From the sequence record NC_009760.1: a stretch of DNA of 64,000 bases, one strand, 5' to 3'. The position numbers and the translations under genes are program-made. Below, piece after piece: positions 8,970-18,971 of the stretch. Below the pieces are notes generated by a model. The model ran no database searches, was not told the origin of the DNA, and worked only from the letters and a program-made list of their open reading frames with translations. Within the stretch, counting starts at the first letter, position 1, and the number at the start of each line of letters is the position of its first letter.

Positions 8970-9379
8970 GTATGACTCACTCGCATTCGTTGAGTTGGAT
9001 TCACAATCTTACGAAGGTCTGTAATCCCTCCATCATTGATGTGTTCCTGTTGCTCTTTGTATTCGGCAAAGGCTTGCTCATAAAATAAGCGTGCCGGATC
9101 ATCCTCTGTAAAGTCGAGAACTTTCCTACACGTTAATTCAGTCATACCCCTATTCATGCGCAAATCTTCAATAGTAAACATTGCCAAACATTTACCATTA
9201 TAAATCAATGGAAGCGGTGTGTCCATTGGATAAACACGGTAACCTTCTTTTTCTACTCGAAGCATTCTGTGGTTCGCAATATCCTCTTCGTAGTTCTGAT
9301 ATTCTCTCTTCTGCCATTCGGTCTTTGCGTCCTTTTCAGACGTCACTATATACCAATTAAATTCTGTCTGCATACCCAT
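8966..9379 (-). CDS. DUF2584-like protein
   Basis: MGMQTEFNWYIVT and EKEGYRVYPMDTP resemble the Bacillus DUF2584 family. Confidence 0.55.
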   Translation of the reverse strand: MGMQTEFNWYIVTSEKDAKTEWQKREYQNYEEDIANHRMLRVEKEGYRVYPMDTPLPLIYNGKCLAMFTIEDLRMNRGMTELTCRKVLDFTEDDPARLFYEQAFAEYKEQQEHINDGGITDLRKIVNPTQRMRVSHT

Positions 9380-9430
9380 TTATTCACCTCCTGAAAAACG
9401 GACTAGAGCATTCACCCTAGTCCATTATTA

Positions 9431-9700
9431 TTAGTCTGCTAAATGATACTCAATGTCGTTGTAGCTATTACCGAAGTAGTAGTCAACAACATGAAGTGGA
9501 GCGTGCTTGTGATGTAATTCATCAGTATACGCTGCTTCGATGTAACCTTTCTTCGCTTCGAAGTTATCAATCGGGTTGATTAATACTTCACACTTTGGCG
9601 CTCCCGGGATTGTTACCTTTAGTGCCATGTACTTTGTATTTGCAATGCTATGATTCTTTAGTGCGTCTAATAGTGCTTCCATTGATAATTTAGGTATCAT
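9431..9700 (-). CDS. Hypothetical protein
   Basis: Coupled to the flavodoxin stop. Confidence 0.55.
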   Translation of the reverse strand: MIPKLSMEALLDALKNHSIANTKYMALKVTIPGAPKCEVLINPIDNFEAKKGYIEAAYTDELHHKHAPLHVVDYYFGNSYNDIEYHLAD

Positions 9701-10176
9701 TTTTCTAGCTCCTTTAGTATATGAGATACAAACACCGGGAATTTATCCATGTCTAATTGCTGTGGTGCTTGCTCGACTTTTAATGTGACTGCAAAGTTTG
9801 TATATGCTTCTAACGTCACTGCACATTCATCTACAGCTCCGCAGAAGATTGGGTAACATGTTTCCCCTGTACCGAATGCGCCGGTAACAAGATCACGAAT
9901 GTCATCGTTTTGGAATTTCTCAAGTACCGGCTTAAATTTCGTCGGTAACTCTCCATCGCCCCATGTATATGTTCCGAGTATTACAGCGTCGTATTCATGC
10001 AAGATAGATTCATAGAACTCATTATGCCCGTAAACATCTACCTTACATCCGGCACGCTGGAAGGCTGCGGATAAACCGAGCGCAACCTCCTTTGTATTAC
10101 CGGTGTTGGAACAATATACGATGGCTACCTTATAGTGACGCAAAGTTGTTTTTCTTCGTTGCGCCAGAGTAATCAC
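9697..10176 (-). CDS. Short-chain flavodoxin (RNR-associated)
   Basis: IVYCSNTGNTKEVA, LGTYTWGDGELP, FGTGETCYPIFCGAVD. Confidence 0.9.
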   Translation of the reverse strand: MITLAQRRKTTLRHYKVAIVYCSNTGNTKEVALGLSAAFQRAGCKVDVYGHNEFYESILHEYDAVILGTYTWGDGELPTKFKPVLEKFQNDDIRDLVTGAFGTGETCYPIFCGAVDECAVTLEAYTNFAVTLKVEQAPQQLDMDKFPVFVSHILKELEK

Positions 10177-11173
10177 GGGACTTGTTCTCGAATTGGTCAG
10201 TTTTCGTATGTTCCATCATCTCATCCGAGAAGACTTGAATCCACGGCATCGGGTTGCCACGTTCTTCATAGATATTATCCATGCCTAATTGACGTACACG
10301 TTTGTTTGCAAGGTACTCGATGTAGTGGTCGAACTCTTCTAAGTCTAAACCTTCGATGTCAGCTAAGATTTCGCCCGCCCACTCTTTTTCAGTTGCGACT
10401 GCTTCTTTTAAAGAGTCCACAATGTACTGTGCATTCTCTTGTGTATTTAGTTCCGGATTCTCTGTTAGCAATCTACGGATCAATAAGCCGATGAAGTATG
10501 CATGTTGCATTTCATCACGCTGGATATATGAAATCATTGTACTCGACTTCATCATCTTCTGTTGACTCGCAAGCCAGTAGAAGAAGGCGAATCCTGAATA
10601 GAAGTAGATACCTTCTAAATTAATAGACTGCACCAGCATACGGAACAAGTTTTGTAAGGAAGGATTCTCTGCGAAGTCCTCATATACATCTAATACAAGT
10701 TTGTTACGTTTCGCTAATACAGGGTGTTTCATTGTTTCATTGAAGTATTGATTCTGAACAGGTAAGCGTACAAGTGAACTTGTAATGTAAGAATACGAAG
10801 TTGTATGTGTTGCTTCCTGCTGTGCGATAAATGCAGAGATGTTTGCAAGTGCAGAGTTCGTTGTGAATCGAATCACTTCAAGAATTGCTTTTACTTGTAA
10901 ACTATCAAGGCAAGCAAGTGCAGTACCGACACGCAAGAATGTATCTTGCTCAATTGGAGTCAGTGAATCCCACATCTTCTCGTCTTCTTTCATCTTGATC
11001 TCTACAGGACGCCAGAAGTTTGCTTCTAGTGTTTGACTAATGTCGTACCAAATCTCATCTTCATCGTTCCAGTTTAGTAATCCGGAACATTCTCCGCCAA
11101 CGATTTTCGTTCCACGGTTCGGATGACTTGGTTCTAGTAGTCTAGGTCTTTTCAGTGTTGCAATAGGGTTCAT
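10130..11173 (-). CDS. nrdF: Class I ribonucleotide reductase beta subunit
   Basis: NFWRPVEI, LACLDSLQ, EATHTTSY, LEGIYFYSGF, RDEMQH metal ligands and radical Tyr; start refined to MNPIAT after GGAGG. Confidence 0.9.
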   Translation of the reverse strand: MNPIATLKRPRLLEPSHPNRGTKIVGGECSGLLNWNDEDEIWYDISQTLEANFWRPVEIKMKEDEKMWDSLTPIEQDTFLRVGTALACLDSLQVKAILEVIRFTTNSALANISAFIAQQEATHTTSYSYITSSLVRLPVQNQYFNETMKHPVLAKRNKLVLDVYEDFAENPSLQNLFRMLVQSINLEGIYFYSGFAFFYWLASQQKMMKSSTMISYIQRDEMQHAYFIGLLIRRLLTENPELNTQENAQYIVDSLKEAVATEKEWAGEILADIEGLDLEEFDHYIEYLANKRVRQLGMDNIYEERGNPMPWIQVFSDEMMEHTKTDQFENKSRDYSGATKKNNFASL

Positions 11174-11227
11174 CGGTATTACCTCCATATAAAGTCCCGC
11201 CCTGAAAATGGGCGGGTTCAGTTAGTT

Positions 11228-13531
11228 TTATGCGTGACACGCTTCGCAATCAGCTTTTAATTTCTGTGATTCACCTTTTACGTAGTAAGTTGTTTTGATT
11301 CCCAACTTATGTGCCGTCTTATGGATGTTTAACAGTTCAGCACCGTCAATGTCGCTTGCAACATATAAGTTAAAGCTAATAGATTGGTCAATGTGACGTT
11401 GCTTCTTCGCCGTTTGTTTAACGCTCCATAACTGGTCAATGTGATGACGAGTCTTACGATACACATTGTACGTGTTATGGTCTAAGCCCGGAGCCGTAAC
11501 TTTAAACTTGAAGTTACCTTTCTCCTCTGCACCTTCAACCGCTGTGATTGGATCGTTACCGTCAGTAGAGCCACCAACTTTAGCAGTCGTTGCATTCGGA
11601 GCAAGTGCCATCATCCAGCCATTACGTACGCCGAACTTCGCAACCTTCTCTTTTAACGCTTTCCACTTAGCAGATACATAGTCACGTTGGTCGAAGTATT
11701 CACCAGTATGCCATGCAGAACCTTCGAAGTATTTGTAAGTACCTTTCTCTTTTGCAAGCTCTACGCTTGAGTCGATTACATGGTACGCAAACTCTTCATA
11801 TAATGTATCCGCATAATTTACTGCTGCTTCTGATTCCCAATCTAATCCTAAGATAGCAAGTAGATGATGCCATCCATATGCACCCATTCCAATTGGACGG
11901 TAGCGTTTGTTTGTTATACCAGCTTGCAGTACGCTGATTGTATTGATGTCGATAATGTTATCAAGCATACGAGTAACGATGCGAATAACACGAGCTAATA
12001 CACCAGCCGGTACAGCTTTCGCTAAGTTCACTGATGCTAAGTTACATACAACGTATTCGCCCGGAGAACGTACCATATGGATATTCTCATTTTCGTCAAT
12101 GTACTCGCCAATAATCATAGATGAAACCTGATTCTGTGCGATTTCTGTACAAAGGTTAGAACAATAAATCGCTGTACGACCAATACCATGAACGTGTTTG
12201 TTCGGGTTCATACGGTTTACTTGGTCACGATAGAACATATAAGGCATTCCCGTTTCAAGCTGAATTTCCATAATGCGAACCATGATGTCCATTGCACGAT
12301 GTGTGTCACGAGGTAGTAACGGGTTGTTTACTGCTTCCATATACTTCTCTTCGTAATACTTCGTATCCTTTTCATCATAGAAGTCATCTAGCGTTAATAG
12401 GTTACCATTCTCATCTTTCCATTGCATGTGTTGTTTGATTTGATGAGGACAGAATGTATGCCATTGACCGATTGAACGACCATTTTCATCAACCTCATCT
12501 AACTTCTTCATGAATAGATCCGGTACAGCTACACCTGTGAAGATTTCCCTTGCACGGTCAGCTTCGTCACCATTGTTCAGTCCTAGTTCAAGGAACTTCA
12601 TAATGTCCTTGTGGTCTAGACACATATAGATAGCGAATGCACCTTTACGTTGTCCTAACTGGTCAACTGTGATTGCCGTTTGGTTAAACATCTTAATCCA
12701 CGGCGTTGTACCTGATGATTTACCTTCGAATCCTTTGATTGGTGAACCCAATGCACGAACCTTACTAAAGTATAAGGCAACGCCTCCGCCATCTTTTGAT
12801 AGACGAGCAGCATCCATGTTTGATAGATAGATACCATCTAAGCTATCATCCACTTTATCTATGAAGCAACTAGATAATTGACCGTAGCTCTTACCTGCGT
12901 TAGCGAACGTTGGAGTTGCCGCCGTTGCATATAAGTTACTTAGCGCCCAGTATAATTCTTTGATGTGCGCTAAACGAGTTGCTTTTGGTTCATTAATCAT
13001 TGTTGTTACAGCAATCATCATCAGACGTTCCTGTGGTAACTCGTATAGGCTACCTTGATAATCTGTAGCAGCATAGCGGTCATTTAATAAGAACAACCCA
13101 ATGAAGTTAAATAAACTATCCTTGCTAGGGTCAATCATTCTACCAATCTCATTAATCTCTTCTTCGCTGTACGACGCTAAGATAGCTGGTGAATAGATTC
13201 CCATCTCTGTCAACGTCTTAATTAACTTATAGAAGCTGCCGTATTTTAAGGAACGGCTGTATCCTCGGTTTTCTGATGCCGTTTTGTACATTTGTTGTAG
13301 TTTCATGTTCGCTGCAACGAATGTCCAATCAGGCGCACCCATGTCGATGTTATTTAAGGCATAGAAGATAGAGTTATGAAGTGCTTTATCTTCCGTATGA
13401 GATAAACGTTTTACCTTCTCAATGATCTTCGTTGCGTCAAGGTTGTACTCTTTCGACGCTCGTTCTAATTCTACGACTACGCTTGCAATGACTTCTTCAC
13501 TATGTTCAACTGTAGGGCTTACTGGGTTCAT
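11228..13531 (-). CDS. nrdE: Class I ribonucleotide reductase alpha subunit
   Basis: ATPTFANAG, QLSSCF, GQRKGA, CSNLCTEI, VCNLASVNL, APNATT, IDQSISFNL, C-terminal CEACHA. Confidence 0.92.
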   Translation of the reverse strand: MNPVSPTVEHSEEVIASVVVELERASKEYNLDATKIIEKVKRLSHTEDKALHNSIFYALNNIDMGAPDWTFVAANMKLQQMYKTASENRGYSRSLKYGSFYKLIKTLTEMGIYSPAILASYSEEEINEIGRMIDPSKDSLFNFIGLFLLNDRYAATDYQGSLYELPQERLMMIAVTTMINEPKATRLAHIKELYWALSNLYATAATPTFANAGKSYGQLSSCFIDKVDDSLDGIYLSNMDAARLSKDGGGVALYFSKVRALGSPIKGFEGKSSGTTPWIKMFNQTAITVDQLGQRKGAFAIYMCLDHKDIMKFLELGLNNGDEADRAREIFTGVAVPDLFMKKLDEVDENGRSIGQWHTFCPHQIKQHMQWKDENGNLLTLDDFYDEKDTKYYEEKYMEAVNNPLLPRDTHRAMDIMVRIMEIQLETGMPYMFYRDQVNRMNPNKHVHGIGRTAIYCSNLCTEIAQNQVSSMIIGEYIDENENIHMVRSPGEYVVCNLASVNLAKAVPAGVLARVIRIVTRMLDNIIDINTISVLQAGITNKRYRPIGMGAYGWHHLLAILGLDWESEAAVNYADTLYEEFAYHVIDSSVELAKEKGTYKYFEGSAWHTGEYFDQRDYVSAKWKALKEKVAKFGVRNGWMMALAPNATTAKVGGSTDGNDPITAVEGAEEKGNFKFKVTAPGLDHNTYNVYRKTRHHIDQLWSVKQTAKKQRHIDQSISFNLYVASDIDGAELLNIHKTAHKLGIKTTYYVKGESQKLKADCEACHA

Positions 13532-13547
13532 CTTTCTGTCTCTCTCC

Positions 13548-13736
13548 TTATATGTCCAATTTCTTGTTACATTTAGTGCATATGTAATTCACATGTGTCT
13601 CGACTGACGGGTGAACGATATGTTGTTCATCCTGTCTTCGCTGACGCAACCCTTTGGGAAGAGTCACAATTTTCTCTTCCCGAAAGTCTGCGCCGCCACA
13701 TTTACATCGAATAAACTCTTCGTAAATTGCTGCCAT
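13548..13736 (-). CDS. Small zinc-ribbon protein
   Basis: CKCG...CTKC. Confidence 0.55.
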   Translation of the reverse strand: MAAIYEEFIRCKCGGADFREEKIVTLPKGLRQRRQDEQHIVHPSVETHVNYICTKCNKKLDI

Positions 13737-13737
13737 A

Positions 13738-14376
13738 CTATTCCCCTGCTTTCTTCTTCAAGCGTAATACTTCTTTATGAAGCTCCTCGGCTGTCGCCTT
13801 AAATACATCTCGTTCGTTCTCTAGGTGGCGATTCTCTGCTCGTAGCATCTTAATCTCATGCACCATATCACATATCACATCGAAGTCTTGAGCCACATAT
13901 GTCTTACCTGATTGGTCATTCTTATAACGGAATGGTAATGCAGGATATGTACCATATGTCTTCGCTTCCTCTTCGATCTTCTCTAGCATCGTCTTTGGAA
14001 TCGTCATGGTCTTCTCACCTTTGGAGTTCACCGTACCACGTTCCTTACACTCTGCTAGAATAACCGTATCAGCTACGTCACCCGGCATGAACCATATGTT
14101 ACCGGAACCAAGTTGTCTACGTGCTTGCCATTCCTTTACGGAAGGTAAAGCATTCAACTTCGCGGCTACATATTCCTCAAGTGTCTCACCTGAGTTGTCC
14201 GTTATAGAAGTGACCATGTTACGGTTAATCTTCGAATGTGCTTTCTTACGTTCTTTATCTCCGGGTAATTTTAAGAATCGTTGGTCAGGGCCACACTGCA
14301 AACATTTACTGTTATTCTTACAGCGATTATAATACTCGCAATCCCAAATATCAGTCACGTTTACGCCCCTTTCCAC
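13738..14376 (-). CDS. Hjc-type PD-(D/E)xK Holliday junction resolvase with an N-terminal Cys cluster
   Basis: LEEYVA, RQLGSG, PGDV, LAECKERG. Confidence 0.7.
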   Translation of the reverse strand: MERGVNVTDIWDCEYYNRCKNNSKCLQCGPDQRFLKLPGDKERKKAHSKINRNMVTSITDNSGETLEEYVAAKLNALPSVKEWQARRQLGSGNIWFMPGDVADTVILAECKERGTVNSKGEKTMTIPKTMLEKIEEEAKTYGTYPALPFRYKNDQSGKTYVAQDFDVICDMVHEIKMLRAENRHLENERDVFKATAEELHKEVLRLKKKAGE

Positions 14377-14890
14377 GACCTACGTCGCCTCGTCCTTGTG
14401 CATCCAGTTTCAATGCACCGTTGCCATTGACCATCTTATCACTCTTCTTGAGCAAGTTGTCGATAACAGAATCCATAAACTCTGCTCTCTCCTCCCATCG
14501 CTCTACAAGCGGGATAAGTGGTTCACTATCACCCTTAAATGAAGACGTTTCTAGGTACTGTAAGATTAATGCATCTCGTTCATCTACCGTCATACCTGCT
14601 TTCTTTTTGAAAGTCAGCTTGAGTTGTTTCTTGGCATTTGATAAACGAGTAGAATAACGCTTGAGCATCTTCTTCGCATATCCATAATCAAACCTTGCAC
14701 GAGTATATACTTCGTCAATCTCGGAGTTGATGATTAAAATATCAGTCGCATCGAGATCGGCGGGAACTTCAATTGCTTGAACAGCGTCAATGTAGTAATC
14801 TTCGAACTCATCCCACTGGTCATCGGTTACTTTCCGTATGTCCAGCTTTCCTTCGTCGTCACTTACACGCTGTTGTTTCTTCTTATCCAT
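14351..14890 (-). CDS. Helical hypothetical protein (possibly UvsY-like mediator)
   Basis: Long amphipathic helices; next to the resolvase; function is a guess. Confidence 0.45.
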   Translation of the reverse strand: MDKKKQQRVSDDEGKLDIRKVTDDQWDEFEDYYIDAVQAIEVPADLDATDILIINSEIDEVYTRARFDYGYAKKMLKRYSTRLSNAKKQLKLTFKKKAGMTVDERDALILQYLETSSFKGDSEPLIPLVERWEERAEFMDSVIDNLLKKSDKMVNGNGALKLDAQGRGDVGRGKGRKRD

Positions 14891-14915
14891 TGCACAACCT
14901 CCTTGTTATTACGAG

Positions 14916-15503
14916 TTAGAAGGGATGGATAATCTCTACGACTTCATCAATCGTCTTATCAGACGTGTCGATATGGAACATAGATAGTTTTGGTTGACCC
15001 GCATGTTCCTTCTCAAACGCAAACAGGACTTCATCATACTTCGCTTGTTGCTTCATGATCTCCTGCACGTTTTCGGGAATCGCATCAAAAAGGTCAACCT
15101 TCTCACGATTGATTCTATGGATTAATTCCTGTTCATCTGAGTGATGTAGGTAATATATCTCTACTTCGTCAAACACTTCGAATAACTCCTTGCAGAACAT
15201 TTCGTAATGCGTATCGAAGTCATACTGTTTATACAGTTGAGAATATACCATCTCACTAAAGAAGAAGCGGTCAAAGATGAACACCATATCTTTTGTAAGC
15301 CTTTGGTTTTCTTTCATCTTCTGGAACATATCAAAGAATCCTCTGTAATATGTTGCTATCTTGAGTAAGCCATCTAGACCATCGTCGCTGAAACCAGTTG
15401 GATTAATCCATGTGCTTCCCCATATTTCTTCTCGTAGTCGTCTTGAAACTGTGGACTTCCCGGTTGCCCTCGGCCCTTCTAACATAATTGCCTTCAACGA
15501 CAT
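14916..15503 (-). CDS. Thymidylate/dNMP kinase family
   Basis: P-loop LEGPRATGKST; FDRFFFSEMVY. Confidence 0.8.
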   Translation of the reverse strand: MSLKAIMLEGPRATGKSTVSRRLREEIWGSTWINPTGFSDDGLDGLLKIATYYRGFFDMFQKMKENQRLTKDMVFIFDRFFFSEMVYSQLYKQYDFDTHYEMFCKELFEVFDEVEIYYLHHSDEQELIHRINREKVDLFDAIPENVQEIMKQQAKYDEVLFAFEKEHAGQPKLSMFHIDTSDKTIDEVVEIIHPF

Positions 15504-15575
15504 CTCCTCCTAACGAATATACTGTCACAATTGAGAGTCCATAAAAGAAGTTTACGATAAAACGCATCGTAAACT

Positions 15576-15950
15576 CTAATGTAATGGATTATAGGAATCA
15601 TCATGCAGTTGCACATTTTGACGTAAATGAATCAAAACTGTCTGCACTTCTTGTGATGCTCGCTCTAAGTTTGCTATCGCAAGTTCAGCTTTCTCAATCA
15701 GGTTCGGTAACTCTTCCTCGTCGTTACCCGTGTATAGAATCACGTTTGGCTGGGACTGTGAAGATGTTTCTTGAATCTGTAGTTTACCCTGTTCCACTAG
15801 CGTTTTAATCGCACGATGAACAGTTGCATTGGAGTACCCAGTCTTTTCACCGATACTCATAACAGATTCTTGCAACTTGCCGCCAAGATGATTCCATTTG
15901 ATATATCTCAAAATGTCATGTAATGTTCGCTTATTATTAGTCATACGCAT
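15576..15950 (-). CDS. Winged-helix DNA-binding protein
   Basis: SIGEKTGYSNATVHRAIKTLVEQGKL. Confidence 0.75.
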   Translation of the reverse strand: MRMTNNKRTLHDILRYIKWNHLGGKLQESVMSIGEKTGYSNATVHRAIKTLVEQGKLQIQETSSQSQPNVILYTGNDEEELPNLIEKAELAIANLERASQEVQTVLIHLRQNVQLHDDSYNPLH

Positions 15951-15998
15951 AATACGTCACCACTCCTACTATATGTTGTGGCTCGGTCATGTAAAATC

Positions 15999-16027
15999 AG
16001 TATACTATGCTAGAAAAAATTCAGCAA
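15999..16027 (-). promoter_or_regulatory. SigmaA-type promoter for the wHTH gene
   Basis: TTGCTG-N17-TATACT on the minus strand. Confidence 0.45.
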
Positions 16028-16029
16028 TC

Positions 16030-16575
16030 TTAAAACACCTTATTTTTCTTAGCCTTACGAAGTTCAGTCGTCAGACGTTGCTTCGGTTCTTTTGCGGTTT
16101 TGTCCGTTAGGATAGAGATGCTTTCTTGCATATCAATCACTTGTTTATCTGTTGCTAATTCTACCTTATCGAAGAAGATAACTAAGTTAGGGGATAACAT
16201 AGCAAGCATCTTCTCGACGATAGCTTTTCTTTCTTCTTGCTTACGTTTTGTTTTTACGAAGCGAAGATGCAGATAATACACGTCATCTTCTGTGAGATTC
16301 ATGCGCTTCCACGCTGCTCTCAGTTTATCCGCACACTCTTTTGAAATTGGATCTTTTGTCACAACGACAATCTTCGGATTATATGAACCCGTACCAAACT
16401 CAATGATTGCATTCGGGAATTTCTTTCTTGCCATCATATGCAGGTCATCAATGCGCACATGCGTGCGAAGATAATCCAGTGCATACTTACGGTCTTCTTT
16501 CTCTTGCCCTTTTGTTACAGCTAGTAAACTACTTTGAATACTTTTCATAAACTCTTTGTCTGTTGAACGATACAT
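16030..16575 (-). CDS. Degenerate family-4 UDG-fold protein
   Basis: IEFGTGSYNPKIVVV, LTEDDVYYL, LSPNLVIFF follow UDG4 topology; no GEGPG, Fe-S cysteines or HP motif; start refined to MYRSTD. Confidence 0.45.
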   Translation of the reverse strand: MYRSTDKEFMKSIQSSLLAVTKGQEKEDRKYALDYLRTHVRIDDLHMMARKKFPNAIIEFGTGSYNPKIVVVTKDPISKECADKLRAAWKRMNLTEDDVYYLHLRFVKTKRKQEERKAIVEKMLAMLSPNLVIFFDKVELATDKQVIDMQESISILTDKTAKEPKQRLTTELRKAKKNKVF

Positions 16576-16586
16576 ACTATCTCTCC

Positions 16587-17024
16587 TCACCAATAACTCA
16601 TTATTGTCATCATCATAATATAGTAAACGAAGACGATGAACAACTCGCCCCATCCTCCTGTTTTAAACTTCGCTAATGAATACATTTTCTTAGACGGCCA
16701 TAGCAAAGGTACGCCTTTCTTATTGAATAAATCTAGCAATAAATGTGTCATGTATCCTACGAAAAACATGAAGATAAAGCTAGGTACGATGAAGAGGAGA
16801 CTGAATATGACTGCACCTAGAAGAGAATGCGTAAAATTCTTCCTGTGTGGTTTAAAGAATAACCATAATGGAATCACCCTACCTAAATACGATTGTTTTA
16901 AATCCGTATCGGCAAATAATCCTCCGGCTGTACATATCAGTATATAAAACGGGTGTAGCTCCAATTTAGATGCCAATGCACCGCCTGTAATAGCAGCAAC
17001 GGCAATATGTGCTTTACCTGTCAT
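16587..17024 (-). CDS. YdjM-like membrane metal-dependent hydrolase
   Basis: MTGKAH, LFADTD, PHRKNFTHSL, THLLLDLFNKKGVPLLWP. Confidence 0.8.
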   Translation of the reverse strand: MTGKAHIAVAAITGGALASKLELHPFYILICTAGGLFADTDLKQSYLGRVIPLWLFFKPHRKNFTHSLLGAVIFSLLFIVPSFIFMFFVGYMTHLLLDLFNKKGVPLLWPSKKMYSLAKFKTGGWGELFIVFVYYIMMMTIMSYW

Positions 17025-17052
17025 ACCATCCCCTCTCTCGGCTTATTACACC

Positions 17053-17082
17053 TAGTATAGACAAATGTAATACTCTTTATTC
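17053..17082 (-). promoter_or_regulatory. SigmaG/F-type promoter, copy a
   Basis: GAATA-N18-TATACTA with AGTATTACA in the spacer. Confidence 0.55.
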
Positions 17083-18219
17083 AAAGAATGTAACAGTATA
17101 TTTACCCGGTGTATATTTCGGCTCAATGTCTGTTACGGTATGTGAATGCGATACAAGTTTCTGTGTGATCTGTACCGTCATTGGTAACTTTAATTCATGT
17201 GCTAATTCTTTTGCACGTTTCACTGCCGCACCTTTTGTTTCGAATCCACCTTCTTGTAGTTCCATGTTTGTGTATTCAAACTCATTACGACTAAGCGGGA
17301 TACGTGTACCATAAGAATAAATCTCATAGTAAGTCTTCCACTTTCTTGTGCCTTCTGTTGGATAATCCCACGATGTACATAGCTTCGTTTCCTCTGCCGG
17401 CATCGCTGTATTAATCGCACAAATGCGACCCATATCCACATCTTCTAAGTCTGCCGCTACACGAGCAGCGTGATTACGACTTAACGCTTCTACCTGTATC
17501 TTATTATCCTTTCTAGAGCCAATTAAGATACTTGGTAAAGGTTTGTTATTCGGTTCTTCTTTCTTAGCACCTAGTGTTCTCTTCCCAACCGGTACTCCGC
17601 TTTTTGTTTTTGCTACTGGCTTCTTCTTCGTTTTTGGTAATGGTTTCTTTGTTGGTGTAGCCAATTGACTCGCTCCTTTCAGGTTATCGTAAATATCTTG
17701 GTCATCTAGTCCTAACTTAGACTGTGTAAATGCTCTTGTTGGATTGTAATGATCCCATTCATGAAACAGTAATTGCAACTGACGACGGCTCTCTTGTTCT
17801 TTTCGTTTTTCCGCCTGTGGACGCTTCCACTGTTTCGGTTTCTTATTATCATATGTTAACTGTGCTGACGTCATTTTTATCGGTTCTTGACCTGCACGAA
17901 CCTTATCTAAGCGTGCTAAAAATATCTGCGTATGCACAAGCGGGCCAGCTTTCAATAATTTAATCTGATGTGCCAGTGCCGCATGAAGTTTTTTAAATCC
18001 TTTTCCGTCCGATGTCATAAACGAATGACCGCTTACCCAATGTCTAATATGTGTAATTGCAGTACGCTCCCACGCAAGAGTTTCTTCTTGGCGGTTTATC
18101 TTCACTTGATGATTGATGGCAAATTGATGCTGATTATATCTCTTACCATCTGTTGTAATAAATACTTGTCTTCCTTTCGCATCTATTTCAGATTCGAGAC
18201 GGTCAAATAAGATTGCCAT
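17077..18219 (-). CDS. Hypothetical basic protein
   Basis: 380 aa, Lys-rich centre, internal repeat GRQVFITTDGKR / GHSFMTSDGKG. Confidence 0.6.
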   Translation of the reverse strand: MAILFDRLESEIDAKGRQVFITTDGKRYNQHQFAINHQVKINRQEETLAWERTAITHIRHWVSGHSFMTSDGKGFKKLHAALAHQIKLLKAGPLVHTQIFLARLDKVRAGQEPIKMTSAQLTYDNKKPKQWKRPQAEKRKEQESRRQLQLLFHEWDHYNPTRAFTQSKLGLDDQDIYDNLKGASQLATPTKKPLPKTKKKPVAKTKSGVPVGKRTLGAKKEEPNNKPLPSILIGSRKDNKIQVEALSRNHAARVAADLEDVDMGRICAINTAMPAEETKLCTSWDYPTEGTRKWKTYYEIYSYGTRIPLSRNEFEYTNMELQEGGFETKGAAVKRAKELAHELKLPMTVQITQKLVSHSHTVTDIEPKYTPGKYTVTFFE

Positions 18220-18679
18220 TTTTAATTCGCTCCCTCACATTCATAATCATGATGCCGAGGCGATTCTTACCTTTGCCGGTTACACTTTGACCCCAGTATC
18301 TATCTCTATCGCTATGATGAATCAGTTCCTTATCACCAGTGCTTAATAATAATGTTCGTAGCCATTCATGTTGCTTGAACTTATGTATTAGTCCGACAAA
18401 CATGACATGCTCTTTCATGACATCCCAATCCTCATGAATAGGATAATCCGTACGCTGACCTAATCGTCTTGCTTCAAAAGGATTGTTTGTCGCTAGAATC
18501 TCCTCTACCGGTTCCAAATCAATAAACTTCTGCGCATGATAATAATGTTCTAACGTCGGATATTCTGTGCCAGCAATGACAACAGGGTGTTTACTCATAC
18601 AACTAAACTCCGAGTAGTTATCTGACCCGGAGTAAAATCGAATGGCGTTACTTTTTATATTTGCTTTCAACGTGTTCAA
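18203..18679 (-). CDS. NADAR (YbiA-like) family protein
   Basis: YPTLEHYYHAQKF, ARRLGQR, DWD, KFKQH, LLSTGDKEL, DRYWG, GKNRLG. Confidence 0.9.
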   Translation of the reverse strand: MNTLKANIKSNAIRFYSGSDNYSEFSCMSKHPVVIAGTEYPTLEHYYHAQKFIDLEPVEEILATNNPFEARRLGQRTDYPIHEDWDVMKEHVMFVGLIHKFKQHEWLRTLLLSTGDKELIHHSDRDRYWGQSVTGKGKNRLGIMIMNVRERIKNGNLI

Positions 18680-18971
18680 CCTCCTTCGCTATCTTCAAGA
18701 AATTACGACGAGACACGAGAACACGATACTCTGTCTCTACAAGCTGTTTATCTAACGTCACATATACCATGACCATATCATCTTGTAAGTGACTATTGTT
18801 GTGATACCAAAACGATGCCGTATAAAGAGACGGATCGCTGTCGATAAACTTATAGCCTAATTCGATTCGCTTACCAATCATTTTATTAAAGGTTTCTTTT
18901 CGTTTCCTCTTCTCTGTATTCTGAGCATCTAATATATCCTTTATAGACATATCTCTTACTTGCTTGTTCAT
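18648..18971 (-). CDS. Hypothetical protein
   Basis: Coupled to the primase stop. Confidence 0.55.
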   Translation of the reverse strand: MNKQVRDMSIKDILDAQNTEKRKRKETFNKMIGKRIELGYKFIDSDPSLYTASFWYHNNSHLQDDMVMVYVTLDKQLVETEYRVLVSRRNFLKIAKEVEHVESKYKK

